Counted from the stretch's first letter, positions 1 through 9,968 are shown. The stretch is 60,448 nucleotides of DNA from a virus (IMGVR_UViG_3300025099_000002:1-60448); one strand, 5' to 3'. The notes: generated by a model from the sequence alone, not told the origin. Numbers and translations are program-made.

Positions 1-127
1 CGTTACCTGTCGTAACATTAACACCAACATCCGCTCCCACAAAAGTATTATCTCCACCTGTTGTAATACCTGTTCCTGTGTTGTACCCAAACATTGTATT
101 TTTACTAGCAGTTGTAACAGCATCACC
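1..127. repeat. 127-bp exact terminal duplication (identical to 60322-60448); circular-assembly overlap
   Basis: Both ends match exactly (cgttacctgt...gcatcacc). 127 is a common assembler k-mer length, and a reading frame runs straight through the junction. Confidence 0.95.
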
Positions 128-1036
128 GGCCGCAAACCCCATAAGTGTATTTTTTGCACCAGTTGTAATTGCTCCACCTGCGGATTGTCCTATGCCAACA
201 TTATAAGATGCTGTCGTAACAGACCCTAAAGCATTAAGACCCATAGCTATATTAGATGAACCAGTTGTTATAGCGTCACCAGCTAGACCTCCGATGAGGA
301 CGTTTTCAATGCCTGTGGTTATTGCTCCACCTGCGGTATAACCAACTGCTGTGTTATACATATCAGTATTACTGTCAGGATTCATAGCTCCTAAAGCATC
401 TGCACCTACAGCAACATTTCTGTCTCCAGTAACATTAGCATCCATTGCTTTTACACCAATGGCTGTGTTACCATCTCCTGCTGCATTTAATTTTAATGCT
501 TGATAACCAAAAGCCGTGTTTTCAGAAGAGGTTGATACTGTTTTTCCTGCTTCAAAACCAACAAAAGTATTTGCATCACCAGTAGTAATCGCAGTACCTG
601 CTTCGTCACCCACAGCCACGTTGTAGTTACCGCCAGATGTTATTGAGTTACCTGCGTTGACACCTGCTCTGAAGTTAGATGTACCTAATGTACTACTAGA
701 TATGTCTGCACCAAAACTTACGTTACTTACAAATGCACCACCGTCTACTGCTGACACAGTATCAGCTACACTAAATGCATCATAGACTACTACCTCAAGT
801 ATATCATCTACTGCAGCACCAGATACCAATACAATAGATGTACCTGTAGTTGATGCGTAGTCAGTGACAGCCTTAAGCATTACACCATTTAGATATACGT
901 CAGTGTAGTTCGTATCTGTATATGTTAGCGTTACGTTACTATTGTCTGCACCACTAAAGCTAGTCTGACCTGCAGTAGCTGTGTAGTTGTACCGTGTACG
1001 TAGTCCAACACTAGGTGATTTTCCTATGTATGGCAT
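1..1036 (-). CDS. Tail fibre/receptor-binding protein, N-terminal part; continues across the circular junction into 59402-60448 (about 651 aa in total)
   Basis: Translated by hand from the ATG at 1036, which has GGAG upstream: MPYIGKSPSVGLRTRYNYTATAGQTSFSG...GTSNFRAGVNAGNSITSGG.... It is in frame with the ATG at 94 (=60415) of the 337-aa track ORF. It carries 14-aa TTGxxNTxVGxxAG repeats. Confidence 0.85.
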   Translation of the reverse strand, partial: MPYIGKSPSVGLRTRYNYTATAGQTSFSGADNSNVTLTYTDTNYTDVYLNGVMLKAVTDYASTTGTSIVLVSGAAVDDILEVVVYDAFSVADTVSAVDGGAFVSNVSFGADISSSTLGTSNFRAGVNAGNSITSGGNYNVAVGDEAGTAITTGDANTFVGFEAGKTVSTSSENTAFGYQALKLNAAGDGNTAIGVKAMDANVTGDRNVAVGADALGAMNPDSNTDMYNTAVGYTAGGAITTGIENVLIGGLAGDAITTGSSNIAMGLNALGSVTTASYNVGIGQSAGGAITTGAKNTLMGFAAGDAVTTASKNTMFGYNTGTGITTGGDNTFVGADVGVNVTTGN

Positions 1037-1048
1037 TTAGTTATTCTC

Positions 1049-2089
1049 CTATTCTAACGCTGTTATTCTAGCTTCTAATTCTTGTATCGTTTTTACGAGC
1101 AATGGTACGAGTTTACTATAATCCAGACCTTGTGGATCTATCTCACCAGCTTCGTGATGTCCGTCAGGATGTACTGCGTCTTTCTCACCAGCAACCGCTT
1201 CAGGTACTATACTTGATACTTCGTGAGCTAAAAATCCATCAATCAGCGTATTAGTGTCGTCAGCTATCCAGTTAAATCGTTTTGGTTTTAGTTGTTTTAA
1301 CCTTGTAGTAGCACCTGTCATATCTACTACGTTTTCTTTAAGACGGTAATCCGAAGATGTATGATAAGCTGTAGAAGATGCACTTGTAGTAATACGACCA
1401 ACAAGTGAGCCAGTAGCGTTATCAAACTCTATAGCATTGAATCCGTTTGTACCTATTTTAATACCCATTGCTGTAGAATCAGCTTGACCTGTAATGTAAA
1501 ATAAATCTGTTGGATCGCAATTTATACCAACCTTGCCAGAACCAGCACCAGCATCAACCTTAAATAAATTTACAAGACCTGAACCTTCAACTCTAAAGTT
1601 TATATCGTGACCATCTTGATTAAACACTGTTTCAGTGGGAAGTATATCTAAACGGTTTCTATATGTTGCATTAGTTACAGTACCAAATCTTAAAATACCA
1701 TCTTCTGAGCCAGAAGTTACATCATCAATAAAGCATTGTATGCCAGCATATAGCTCAGCGTTACCAGCACTATCCCTACCCATAAAATCTAGTTGTACTA
1801 TTTCGTCATTATTTGCTGGACTAGCACTAGCTTTTTCAAATGTTATTCTCATACCATTTGCATCAGCGTTAGAATTCCTAAATCTTGAGTTTACAACATT
1901 TGCTCCAGATCCTAAGACTTCAAAAGTATCAGCAGCTTCTGCAGTTGTACCACCTATACTTACTACGTCATTCCCACCATCCACAAACAACATATTAGCA
2001 TTACCGTTAGACTCAATACGGAAGTCTACATCAGTTGAGCCTTCATTTATTACGACACCTTGTTCTTGTCTAATTGTAGTTAATGCCAT
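1049..2089 (-). CDS. Tail fibre protein with C-terminal intramolecular chaperone (peptidase S74-like) domain
   Basis: C-terminal SDYRLKENV...LKPKRFNW...GFLAHEV...DYSKLVPLLVKTIQEL signature; N-terminal MALTTI. Confidence 0.8.
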   Translation of the reverse strand: MALTTIRQEQGVVINEGSTDVDFRIESNGNANMLFVDGGNDVVSIGGTTAEAADTFEVLGSGANVVNSRFRNSNADANGMRITFEKASASPANNDEIVQLDFMGRDSAGNAELYAGIQCFIDDVTSGSEDGILRFGTVTNATYRNRLDILPTETVFNQDGHDINFRVEGSGLVNLFKVDAGAGSGKVGINCDPTDLFYITGQADSTAMGIKIGTNGFNAIEFDNATGSLVGRITTSASSTAYHTSSDYRLKENVVDMTGATTRLKQLKPKRFNWIADDTNTLIDGFLAHEVSSIVPEAVAGEKDAVHPDGHHEAGEIDPQGLDYSKLVPLLVKTIQELEARITALE

Positions 2090-2104
2090 TGTGCGTTTCC
2101 TTTA

Positions 2105-2389
2105 TTATGCATCATCTCGCTGTTTACGAGTTTTATAGTCTGACCTAGCTGTTACAAGTGCTACAAAGTCTGCTTGGTTACTAGGTATGCTATCCGTAAA
2201 GCTCTCATCATTCATGAGCTTAGTAGTCCACTCAGACTGCATACGTTTCCAGCAGTTGTTAAGTTTGCCAGTAACTGCACCGTCAATCCAAGCATCTAAG
2301 CCTGAGTTATCTGCTGCTGTGTATAGATCATTAGCGAGTATCTTTTGCTGTAAATCTGTAAGTGTTATTGTTTTAGTGTGGTTTGCCAT
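2105..2389 (-). CDS. Small phage protein, probable tail-fibre assembly or accessory protein
   Basis: 94 aa with AAGGAG RBS, lying between two fibre genes. Confidence 0.5.
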   Translation of the reverse strand: MANHTKTITLTDLQQKILANDLYTAADNSGLDAWIDGAVTGKLNNCWKRMQSEWTTKLMNDESFTDSIPSNQADFVALVTARSDYKTRKQRDDA

Positions 2390-2429
2390 TGTTATGTCTC
2401 CTTTATGACAGGGTTATTTCACCCGATGG

Positions 2430-3446
2430 TTAGCAAGCTAAATAGCCTGAGAAAAAAGTAGCTGTCTGAATATCTGTTTGTGCAGTACCTGAATGGTGTA
2501 CTACATTTAAAATAACAGTATCGTTAGCATCCATATCAGCAAGCATAGCCCCAGAAATAGACCAATAACCTGCATCTTGCCCAAAGTCTGGGTCTATAAT
2601 AAAATTATACGTTCTGTTACTAGTTACTAATTTTGCTTCATAATACAAAGAAGCAGAGTCTACATTTAGTAAGGTTAATTGAAAGTTTAGTTGATACTTA
2701 CCTGTAACTGGGGCAGTAAATGTGTTAGACGCAAAGTTAGAACCTACATCATATACTTCTGTACCAAAAACAACTGTAACTTGAGTACCAGTAGCAATAT
2801 TATTTTGATTGCTTGCAGGATTTACAAGAAACGCTGGTTGTTTAGGCATAGTAACATGACCATTACCATCAATAAGCATTGCATCACTAGCATTAGTCCT
2901 AAAGCTCATAGAATTAGTGCTATGAAAATATTCAATCCTACCTACATCTGGGTCTTCGTTATCACCAAACATAATAGATGTTTCATTTTCACCAAGTATC
3001 GTGATGCCTGAATAGTCTGAATTTTCTACAACTAATTCATTAGCATTACCATTTACAGATGAAGCTGCACTATCCCCAGACTTAACGTGCAATTTTCCTA
3101 ATGGAGAAGTTTCTCCAATACCTACAGCATCACTAAAAGTACCTGTAGTAGCAGCAAGTGCTGAACTAGCTGGGTGTACAACTGAGCCTATGGTTACACC
3201 TAAATAGTTAACGAAGATGTTTGCTGTACCTGTAGAGGGTGCTGCACTAAATGTAAGTGTAGTACCATTAGATACTGCGTAAGCTGCAGTGTCTTGGATA
3301 ACGCCATCTACAGATACCAATAAGTCTTGGTCTGTGCCTACTGGTCTACTTAATGTAAAGGCAGTTGTACTACCATCGCCATTAAACTGTTGTACAGTAG
3401 GTATGCTAGTAAATCTATCTGCTGGTGCGTTACCAATGTATGCCAT
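2430..3446 (-). CDS. Tail fibre/receptor-binding protein with C-terminal C1q-like domain (start revised to 3446)
   Basis: MAYIGNAPA start with GGAG RBS overlapping the upstream stop. C-terminal PAF...VVFGTEVYDVGSNF...FTAPVTGKYQLNF...FFSGYL is a C1q/TNF-like pattern. Confidence 0.75.
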   Translation of the reverse strand: MAYIGNAPADRFTSIPTVQQFNGDGSTTAFTLSRPVGTDQDLLVSVDGVIQDTAAYAVSNGTTLTFSAAPSTGTANIFVNYLGVTIGSVVHPASSALAATTGTFSDAVGIGETSPLGKLHVKSGDSAASSVNGNANELVVENSDYSGITILGENETSIMFGDNEDPDVGRIEYFHSTNSMSFRTNASDAMLIDGNGHVTMPKQPAFLVNPASNQNNIATGTQVTVVFGTEVYDVGSNFASNTFTAPVTGKYQLNFQLTLLNVDSASLYYEAKLVTSNRTYNFIIDPDFGQDAGYWSISGAMLADMDANDTVILNVVHHSGTAQTDIQTATFFSGYLAC

Positions 3447-3811
3447 TAGGTGATCTCCATTATACTCAATGTTCCGCTTAGTTTGTCTGCTACAGAACAA
3501 TCAATCGTAATTTGATCTGTAGTTTCTAGTACCACTTTGTTACCAGACATAAGCTCTAATGCACTACTAGCAGGTATAGGTGCATCTTGAACTATAATGC
3601 TTGTACCGTTAGCGGTGTTATTAGTTACTGCTCTGTTTGCTGTATCACTTACTAGTCTAACTGTAGCTGTAACTTGAGATGTGTGTATATTAGATAATAT
3701 CAACCCCAAAACAACTGTAGTTGTACCAGAAGCAGCAGTGTACATTACATACGGTGTACCTGCACTCGCAGGTTCTGCTGCAAAGTTTACAACCTTAAAC
3801 GTGTTTGCCAT
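3446..3811 (-). CDS. Small virion structural protein, probable fibre hub or connector
   Basis: 121-aa beta-rich protein (MANTFK...YTA...GLILSN...KVVLETTD) between the main fibre and the accessory fibres. Confidence 0.55.
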   Translation of the reverse strand: MANTFKVVNFAAEPASAGTPYVMYTAASGTTTVVLGLILSNIHTSQVTATVRLVSDTANRAVTNNTANGTSIIVQDAPIPASSALELMSGNKVVLETTDQITIDCSVADKLSGTLSIMEIT

Positions 3812-3826
3812 GATTTAGTTCCTTTC

Positions 3827-6724
3827 TTATCCTAGTGCAATGGCTAGGGCTGTTGCATCATCTGCTGCCGAAGTAGTGGTGGCTATGGTTCCAGCTACAC
3901 TAGGCAAGGTTAATGTTATATCAGCCGTTGATGCTGGACCGATTAATGTTACTTTATTTGTTCCGTTATCTGAGTCCTCAAAGAACTCTACAAAACCTGC
4001 TGATGTAGCTCCATTCTTAAGTGACATACCTGCATTAAATATATCTTTAGCTGTTGATGTTGATATACCTACCTGGGCAGTAGTTCCACTTATTTCTACG
4101 TTACCATTGATATCTATTAATGTAGAGTTAAGCTCAATCTCATCGTCTGCATTAATGTCTAAATCACCGTCAGCAGGTGAACCAATGTTAATGGCACTGT
4201 CACGAAACTGAACCACCATAGCTGCATTAAGAAGTATACCTGTATCTGCAACGTGTGTCAACGTTACATCTTTATCTGCACCGAACCCTAATACTGCAGC
4301 ATCGCTGTCTAATGTTAAATCATCACCTACAAGAAGATCACCGTCTATATCTACGTCACTAGAGAAGTCACCTGTAGCTGCGTCTAGTTCACCAGTAACA
4401 GTAAAGTTACGTAAACCTGTGTAGTCTTTGTTAGCGTCTAATACAACTGCCTTAGATGCAATCGCTGTACCTATTGCAGTACTACCTAAGTCTAGTGCGT
4501 TGATCTCACCTACAACTACAGTAGCTCCATCTAGTATGTTTAACTCTTCTGGTGTAGAGCTAACTTGAGTATTACTTGCTGCAGCTAGAACGGGTAGTGT
4601 ACCTGATTGGTTAGGTAAGTTAATTGTTCTGTCTGCTGTAGGATCTACAACTGTAAGTGTAGTTTCGTGGTCATCTGCAGTAGCACCTTCAAACACTACA
4701 GCGTTAGCTGCTTCCATAGTAACTGTGTCAACTTGTGTAGTTGTACCTGTTACAGTTAAGTCACCCGATATAGTTACATTGTCTGTAAATACTACATCGT
4801 CTGTTCCTGTAGGAACTCGCATAACAATAGTATCAGCATCGTTTTTAATTGTTACATCATTTGTTGAACCTTGACCTGTAAGGATAAGACCTTCAACAGA
4901 TGTGTAACCTATAGCTGCGTTATCTCCTGCTGCTGTGTCACCTGCTGGCTCTACTGTACCTGAAGTAGTAATGTTACCTGCTGCAACTACTGTACCTGAT
5001 ACATCTAAGTTACCATTTAGATCTACTGTAGTAGCAGCTAATTGTATCTCTGTATCAGCAACAATGTCTAGTTGACCATCTGTGCTAGAGTTTAAGTATA
5101 GCCCTGTATCACGGAACTGTATCTTATTGTCTGTAGCTATAGTTGTAGCAGCAGCTATGTTAACCGCACCATCAATATCAACTATGTCTAAGTTAGCTGT
5201 ACCGTCTATATCTATATCACCAGATATATCTAGTGCTGTACCTATCAGTGTCTGTGTCAGTGTTACCTGACCATTAGAAGCAATAGTTATAGCGTCTACA
5301 TCTGATGCAGATCCTATAGTCTTACCGTCACCTATGATTATGTCATCAGCAAATGTAGCAATACCAGTTACACCTAATGTGCCACTAACATCCATTGTAC
5401 CGTTAACGTCAATAGCTGTAGCGTTAAGCTCAATCTCATCTGTTGCGTTAATGTCTAAGACTGTAGCACTAGGAGCGTTAATAAACTGTGACGCATCGTT
5501 AAACTGCAGTGCCATTGTGCTGTTAAGTAACAAGCCTGTGTCAGCTACGTGTGTCAGTGTGACATCTGTATCAGCACCAAAACCTAGTACTGCAGCATCA
5601 GATAAAAGTGTAAGATCATCACCTACTGTAGCATCAGCAGACATAGTAACATTACCACTAACACTAGCAGTACCGTTTATGTCTATTGTAGTAGCTGTAA
5701 GGTCTATCTCATCTGTAGCACCTAGCGATAATACAGTAGCACTTGAGCCATGTATAAACTGTGATGCATCATTAAATTCTATTTTTCTAGTGCTGTTTAC
5801 TCTTACACCTGTGTCTGGAATATGTGTAAGTGATACGTCTTGGTCAGCACCTAAGTAGATAACTCCTGAGTCACCTAAGTAAAGATCACCGAACTCTAAG
5901 CTAGATGTACCTAGTGTAGCACCGTCAGCTACTGTAGGAACAAACGCTGTACTTGCTGATATAGTAGTACCAACTATTGTACTAGAGCCAGTTATAGCTC
6001 CAGTTACACCTAGTGTACCAGCTACAGTAGCATTAACGTCAACGTCAAGTGTATCAATGTGAGCTGTGCCATCTATAAAAATGTCACGCCATTCTTGACT
6101 GGAGCTACCTAAATCATACGTATTGTCATCGTCAGGTATAATGTGTGAGTCTACATCTGCACCAAACACAACATTGTCTGACGCACTGTCGCCTAACGTA
6201 AGTGTGCCACCATTAAATGTGGTAGTACCTGTAACTGTCGCATTACCTGCTACTGTTAAGTTACCACCTACTGCTAGGTTGCCAGATATATCAGCAGCAC
6301 CATTCATGTCTATAGTAGTAGCTGCTATCTGTATTTCTGTGTCAGCTACAAGATCTAGCTGCCCATCTGCTGAAGAGTTAATGTATATTGCTGTATCACG
6401 AAACTGTAGTTTTTCTGTAGAAGCTACGAGTATGTCATCAGAGAACTCAAAGTAGTCTTCGTCTTCCATCCACGACATTACACCGTCATTAGATTCACCG
6501 TCATACGTTACTACAATGTTTTGTCCTGATGTTCCATCACCTATAGTAATAGTTGTACCTAATAACTTAGTTATAGGACCGCCTTCTGCGGTTGTACCAT
6601 CGTGTGTGTGTCCTGAGCTTGCAGCAAAAGCAGCTAGTAGCTGGTCAAACTCGTTATTAGTGTGGTCTGCGGTAATCGTATCTCCGTCAGTGTAAGACGA
6701 TTGCCTTGTGTAAGTAGCACCCAT
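3827..6724 (-). CDS. Main long tail fibre
   Basis: 965 aa immediately after the nozzle gene. N-terminal anchor (NNEFDQL...GHTHDG); repeated modules (QFRD...ADTEI, QFNDASQFI...ATDEI, SDAAVLGFGAD.DVTLTHVADTG); C-terminal ATALAIALG. Confidence 0.8.
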   Translation of the reverse strand: MGATYTRQSSYTDGDTITADHTNNEFDQLLAAFAASSGHTHDGTTAEGGPITKLLGTTITIGDGTSGQNIVVTYDGESNDGVMSWMEDEDYFEFSDDILVASTEKLQFRDTAIYINSSADGQLDLVADTEIQIAATTIDMNGAADISGNLAVGGNLTVAGNATVTGTTTFNGGTLTLGDSASDNVVFGADVDSHIIPDDDNTYDLGSSSQEWRDIFIDGTAHIDTLDVDVNATVAGTLGVTGAITGSSTIVGTTISASTAFVPTVADGATLGTSSLEFGDLYLGDSGVIYLGADQDVSLTHIPDTGVRVNSTRKIEFNDASQFIHGSSATVLSLGATDEIDLTATTIDINGTASVSGNVTMSADATVGDDLTLLSDAAVLGFGADTDVTLTHVADTGLLLNSTMALQFNDASQFINAPSATVLDINATDEIELNATAIDVNGTMDVSGTLGVTGIATFADDIIIGDGKTIGSASDVDAITIASNGQVTLTQTLIGTALDISGDIDIDGTANLDIVDIDGAVNIAAATTIATDNKIQFRDTGLYLNSSTDGQLDIVADTEIQLAATTVDLNGNLDVSGTVVAAGNITTSGTVEPAGDTAAGDNAAIGYTSVEGLILTGQGSTNDVTIKNDADTIVMRVPTGTDDVVFTDNVTISGDLTVTGTTTQVDTVTMEAANAVVFEGATADDHETTLTVVDPTADRTINLPNQSGTLPVLAAASNTQVSSTPEELNILDGATVVVGEINALDLGSTAIGTAIASKAVVLDANKDYTGLRNFTVTGELDAATGDFSSDVDIDGDLLVGDDLTLDSDAAVLGFGADKDVTLTHVADTGILLNAAMVVQFRDSAINIGSPADGDLDINADDEIELNSTLIDINGNVEISGTTAQVGISTSTAKDIFNAGMSLKNGATSAGFVEFFEDSDNGTNKVTLIGPASTADITLTLPSVAGTIATTTSAADDATALAIALG

Positions 6725-8446
6725 TTATCTTCTTGCTCCTGTTTGATACTCTAATTGAAATCCTTTAAGTGAATAAGGGGCTGTATTACCGCCATCATTA
6801 ACACGTAAAGCTACAGCAAACCCTGAACCCTCAACGGATTGCCTAACTAGAGGTTGTGATACACCACCGTAAGTAGGTGCGCCATAAGATGAAGTTCCGT
6901 ATATAGCAACAACATCAGTCGAATCTAAAGGATATGCTGCAGGTCTAGCTGACTCTGGGTCTTCGTAGTCATATCTTATAAAGAGATCAGCATCTATTGC
7001 TGCTTCGGGTTTATAGTTAACAATAACTCGTTGCATATGTTTTCTAATACCTGGATCTTGAAACGTTAAGTCTGGACTACGATACTTACCAAATATAGTA
7101 GTACCGTCAAAGTCATTCCCTAGTTCTTGTCTGTATACGTAACCGTTAAACCCACCATGAAGAACTTTTACATCACCTGTAGTAATTAAGTCATCTGTTG
7201 CAGAAGGTTTTAAACCTCTTATTTCAGAAAACTCGTATTTGTTATCTCTTTTAACACAGATTATACCTTTAGTAGCTGATTCTGTTCTTCCGTCTTTAGT
7301 AAAGAATATTCTGTATTGTGTTTTGTCTGCTACAACTACACTGTCAAATAAAGTTGAGTCAGCTATATTCTCGTCAAACAAAGACTGTACGTTTGTACTT
7401 ATTGTACCTAAGTCAACGTCACCAATGTTAGCAGTACCAGCTACTGTTCGTAATCCGTCAGGACCAAGAAATATTAAGTTACCAGCAAACTCTTGTATTG
7501 TGTCACCGTTTATGCAACCAATGTTACGTGTAACTGGAGTTACAGCAAAATTAGCTGACGATGTTCCAGTCAATGCGAAGATCCTGTTTTCACAGAATAT
7601 ATACAATGCATCACGGAAAGATTTTATACCTGTTATAGTATCATCTATTTTAATGCTACCTGCACCGCTACCACTGTTAAAGGCATCCTCATCAAAAGGT
7701 TGACTAAATACTAGTTCTTGTGGTGTAGCTGACATACCAGCGTAAAACATATGTTGCTTAAAAGATATGACAAACTTAGCATTAGATACAGAACTCTCAC
7801 TTATATCTGTTGCAGCTAAAGAAGTATTAAATACTGTTGGAGGGTTGTCACCATCAACTACAACTATTTTATCGTTGCCATCAAAGTTAAAACGCTCAAA
7901 CTTATACTTACCTGCGTTTGTTCTTCCTGTATCTCTTACAGTCCAGTCTTCGGAAATTATATCACTTTTAGCGTGTGCTGCTGCTGTAGTAGAAGATGTA
8001 GCGCGAGTTACTCCCGTAAATGTAGTAGCTGTAATACCTGTATAAGTAAAAAACTCACTGTTAACCTGTAGTGTACCACTAGAACTAAACCCTGTAGTAG
8101 AATCTACATTAATAGTACCTGAACCTGTCATCGCTGTATTAGCAGCTATACTTGATCCTAATACATTACTAGCGGAACTCCATATCTTTTCACCGCGAGC
8201 AGCTAATACATTATCACTAAAAGCAGCTACCATTAACACTTTTTCTGAGTTAGCTGTTGTAAAAGGTACAACTTGATTAACGAACTTTTTAAAACCACTA
8301 ATACGTCTGTAGCCACCCTGAATGTCTGGTTCAAAGTTCTCTAGTTCTAATGCCTCTCCTGGTTGCATCATAAACGTAGAACGATTTAGTATAAGACCAC
8401 CCTCACAGTTAAAGGAGGCTGGTTCTACCTGTGAACTATCTGGCAT
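6725..8446 (-). CDS. Tail tubular protein B / nozzle (beta-propeller type)
   Basis: 573 aa following the adaptor. GGL...ENFEP...GGYRRI N-terminus and IGCI...IQEF.G.LIFL..DG motif. Confidence 0.7.
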   Translation of the reverse strand: MPDSSQVEPASFNCEGGLILNRSTFMMQPGEALELENFEPDIQGGYRRISGFKKFVNQVVPFTTANSEKVLMVAAFSDNVLAARGEKIWSSASNVLGSSIAANTAMTGSGTINVDSTTGFSSSGTLQVNSEFFTYTGITATTFTGVTRATSSTTAAAHAKSDIISEDWTVRDTGRTNAGKYKFERFNFDGNDKIVVVDGDNPPTVFNTSLAATDISESSVSNAKFVISFKQHMFYAGMSATPQELVFSQPFDEDAFNSGSGAGSIKIDDTITGIKSFRDALYIFCENRIFALTGTSSANFAVTPVTRNIGCINGDTIQEFAGNLIFLGPDGLRTVAGTANIGDVDLGTISTNVQSLFDENIADSTLFDSVVVADKTQYRIFFTKDGRTESATKGIICVKRDNKYEFSEIRGLKPSATDDLITTGDVKVLHGGFNGYVYRQELGNDFDGTTIFGKYRSPDLTFQDPGIRKHMQRVIVNYKPEAAIDADLFIRYDYEDPESARPAAYPLDSTDVVAIYGTSSYGAPTYGGVSQPLVRQSVEGSGFAVALRVNDGGNTAPYSLKGFQLEYQTGARR

Positions 8447-8447
8447 A

Positions 8448-9386
8448 TTAAGATACTCTTAAAGCGTTAGGTCTTGCAACTGAAGACGTTCCTAATGGGT
8501 ATGTTGAGCGTAAATACTCAAATCTATTAACTAGTAGTGATTGCATACTTTTAATACCATCGTTAAACAACTCCATGTTTAATTGGTATTGAGCAACCTC
8601 ACCTCTGTATTGATAAACGAAAGCTGTAGCTCCTGCAACAATAACGTAAGAAAACCTATCGGGTATAGTAGTAGTGTCACTGTGAGCCGCTAGATCTGCA
8701 GGAAAAGTAAAATAGTCGAACTTTATTTGATATGACTTTGTAGGGTGTGGATATAATAAGTAATTATTGTCTGGCTTTCTAACTACGTACTGAGGTAAAC
8801 CACCACCGTCAAACTGAGCTACAGTAACACCACTATCGTGAGCAGCCGCTGTAGTAGCAGACGTAGCACGGGTTACACCTGTAAACGTAGTAGACGAACC
8901 TATAGCTGTATAAGATACAATCTCGTTACCTATATACAAACTACCCGATGCTGAAAAACCTGATGTACTAGCTACGGTGATAGTAGTTACAGAGTCAGTG
9001 TGCGATGTACTTAACGTAGTAGTTTCTATTTCATCTTCTTGTGAGATATACTTATCAATGTAATCATTATAGTTTAGTATCTTTAGTTTACCACCTGAGC
9101 TACCTAAGTCTGAGTCTTTAGCTACTCTAAATGTATTGTAGTCTACTGTCTTAGTAGAAGTAGGTAGTGCGTAAGATACTACACCTGCTGTTAGTGTCTG
9201 TGTGGCAAGTGCATGATTAAATGGATAATTATATTCTCTTTGATTTATGTAGCGTATAGCTTCATTAACAGCATTCTGAGCTTGTACTTGCATACCTCTA
9301 GCTGAGGTAAAGTTAGAAGAAGTTAATACAACTTCATTTAATTTAGTTATAACTTTATTAGTTAGTGTGAGATATGTCTCAGCCAT
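8448..9386 (-). CDS. Tail tubular protein A / head-tail adaptor
   Basis: YL.LTNKV...LNEV N-terminus and YPHP.K.Y...FDY...IPDRF motif; lies after the capsid genes. Confidence 0.7.
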   Translation of the reverse strand: MAETYLTLTNKVITKLNEVVLTSSNFTSARGMQVQAQNAVNEAIRYINQREYNYPFNHALATQTLTAGVVSYALPTSTKTVDYNTFRVAKDSDLGSSGGKLKILNYNDYIDKYISQEDEIETTTLSTSHTDSVTTITVASTSGFSASGSLYIGNEIVSYTAIGSSTTFTGVTRATSATTAAAHDSGVTVAQFDGGGLPQYVVRKPDNNYLLYPHPTKSYQIKFDYFTFPADLAAHSDTTTIPDRFSYVIVAGATAFVYQYRGEVAQYQLNMELFNDGIKSMQSLLVNRFEYLRSTYPLGTSSVARPNALRVS

Positions 9387-9404
9387 AATAGCTCCTATGT
9401 AGTA

Positions 9405-9430
9405 GAAGGGGCAAGTTGCCCTGCCCCCTC
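9405..9430 (-). terminator. GC-rich hairpin with GCAA tetraloop after the capsid operon (probable terminator or stabiliser)
   Basis: Minus strand reads GAGGGGGCAGG-GCAA-CTTGCCCCTTC; the U-tail is weak. Confidence 0.6.
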
Positions 9431-9441
9431 ATTATAGTAAT

Positions 9442-9954
9442 TTAAGCTAATAGATCTCTATCAACTTCATTAGCATCGTAATCTCCAGGATTATCTATGT
9501 TCATAAGAACCATCCATACCCGAATCTTACCACCTGTCGGTGCTGTAGTTGCTGCTTGAAGTTCTAGATCCATTGTTGTTGCCGTGGAACCAGTGAGGTT
9601 CGGGAACACACCAGGAATCATAGTAGCATAGGAACCAACCGCCATAGCGTCTGTGTCCATTGCTGCAACGAACTCATCAACATCAGCAGCAATACCACCT
9701 GTAGAGGCAGTAGTAATACCTAAGTTGAATGTTGTGTCGTTTGATTCTCCAGTCAATAGAGCCTCAATTTCGTAACCTGCAGCCATAATAAGAGTATCTG
9801 TTGGTATTGTGAAGATTTGCAAAATATCGTCTGCAGCTAATGCCGCAGCGTTATTTGTGTTTTCTACAGCAATATCAATAGTATTACTTACTAAGTATGG
9901 AGCAGGAGCAGAAGGTCTGTGAACCGCTTGTAAACTTGATGAATATGTAGCCAT
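9442..9954 (-). CDS. Capsid decoration or minor capsid protein
   Basis: 170-aa beta-rich protein with strong GGAGG RBS, directly after the major capsid gene and before the hairpin. Confidence 0.6.
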   Translation of the reverse strand: MATYSSSLQAVHRPSAPAPYLVSNTIDIAVENTNNAAALAADDILQIFTIPTDTLIMAAGYEIEALLTGESNDTTFNLGITTASTGGIAADVDEFVAAMDTDAMAVGSYATMIPGVFPNLTGSTATTMDLELQAATTAPTGGKIRVWMVLMNIDNPGDYDANEVDRDLLA

Positions 9955-9968
9955 TTGTCAGTCCTCCC

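Noticed and set aside
1-127. Terminal repeat as a biological direct terminal repeat
   Set aside because: It is exactly 127 bp and falls in the middle of a fibre gene that reads through the junction, which fits an assembler overlap.
1635-8045. Plus-strand ORFs antisense to the tail genes (and similar antisense ORFs genome-wide)
   Set aside because: They are shadow frames of codon-biased genes, S/V/P-rich and without RBS.
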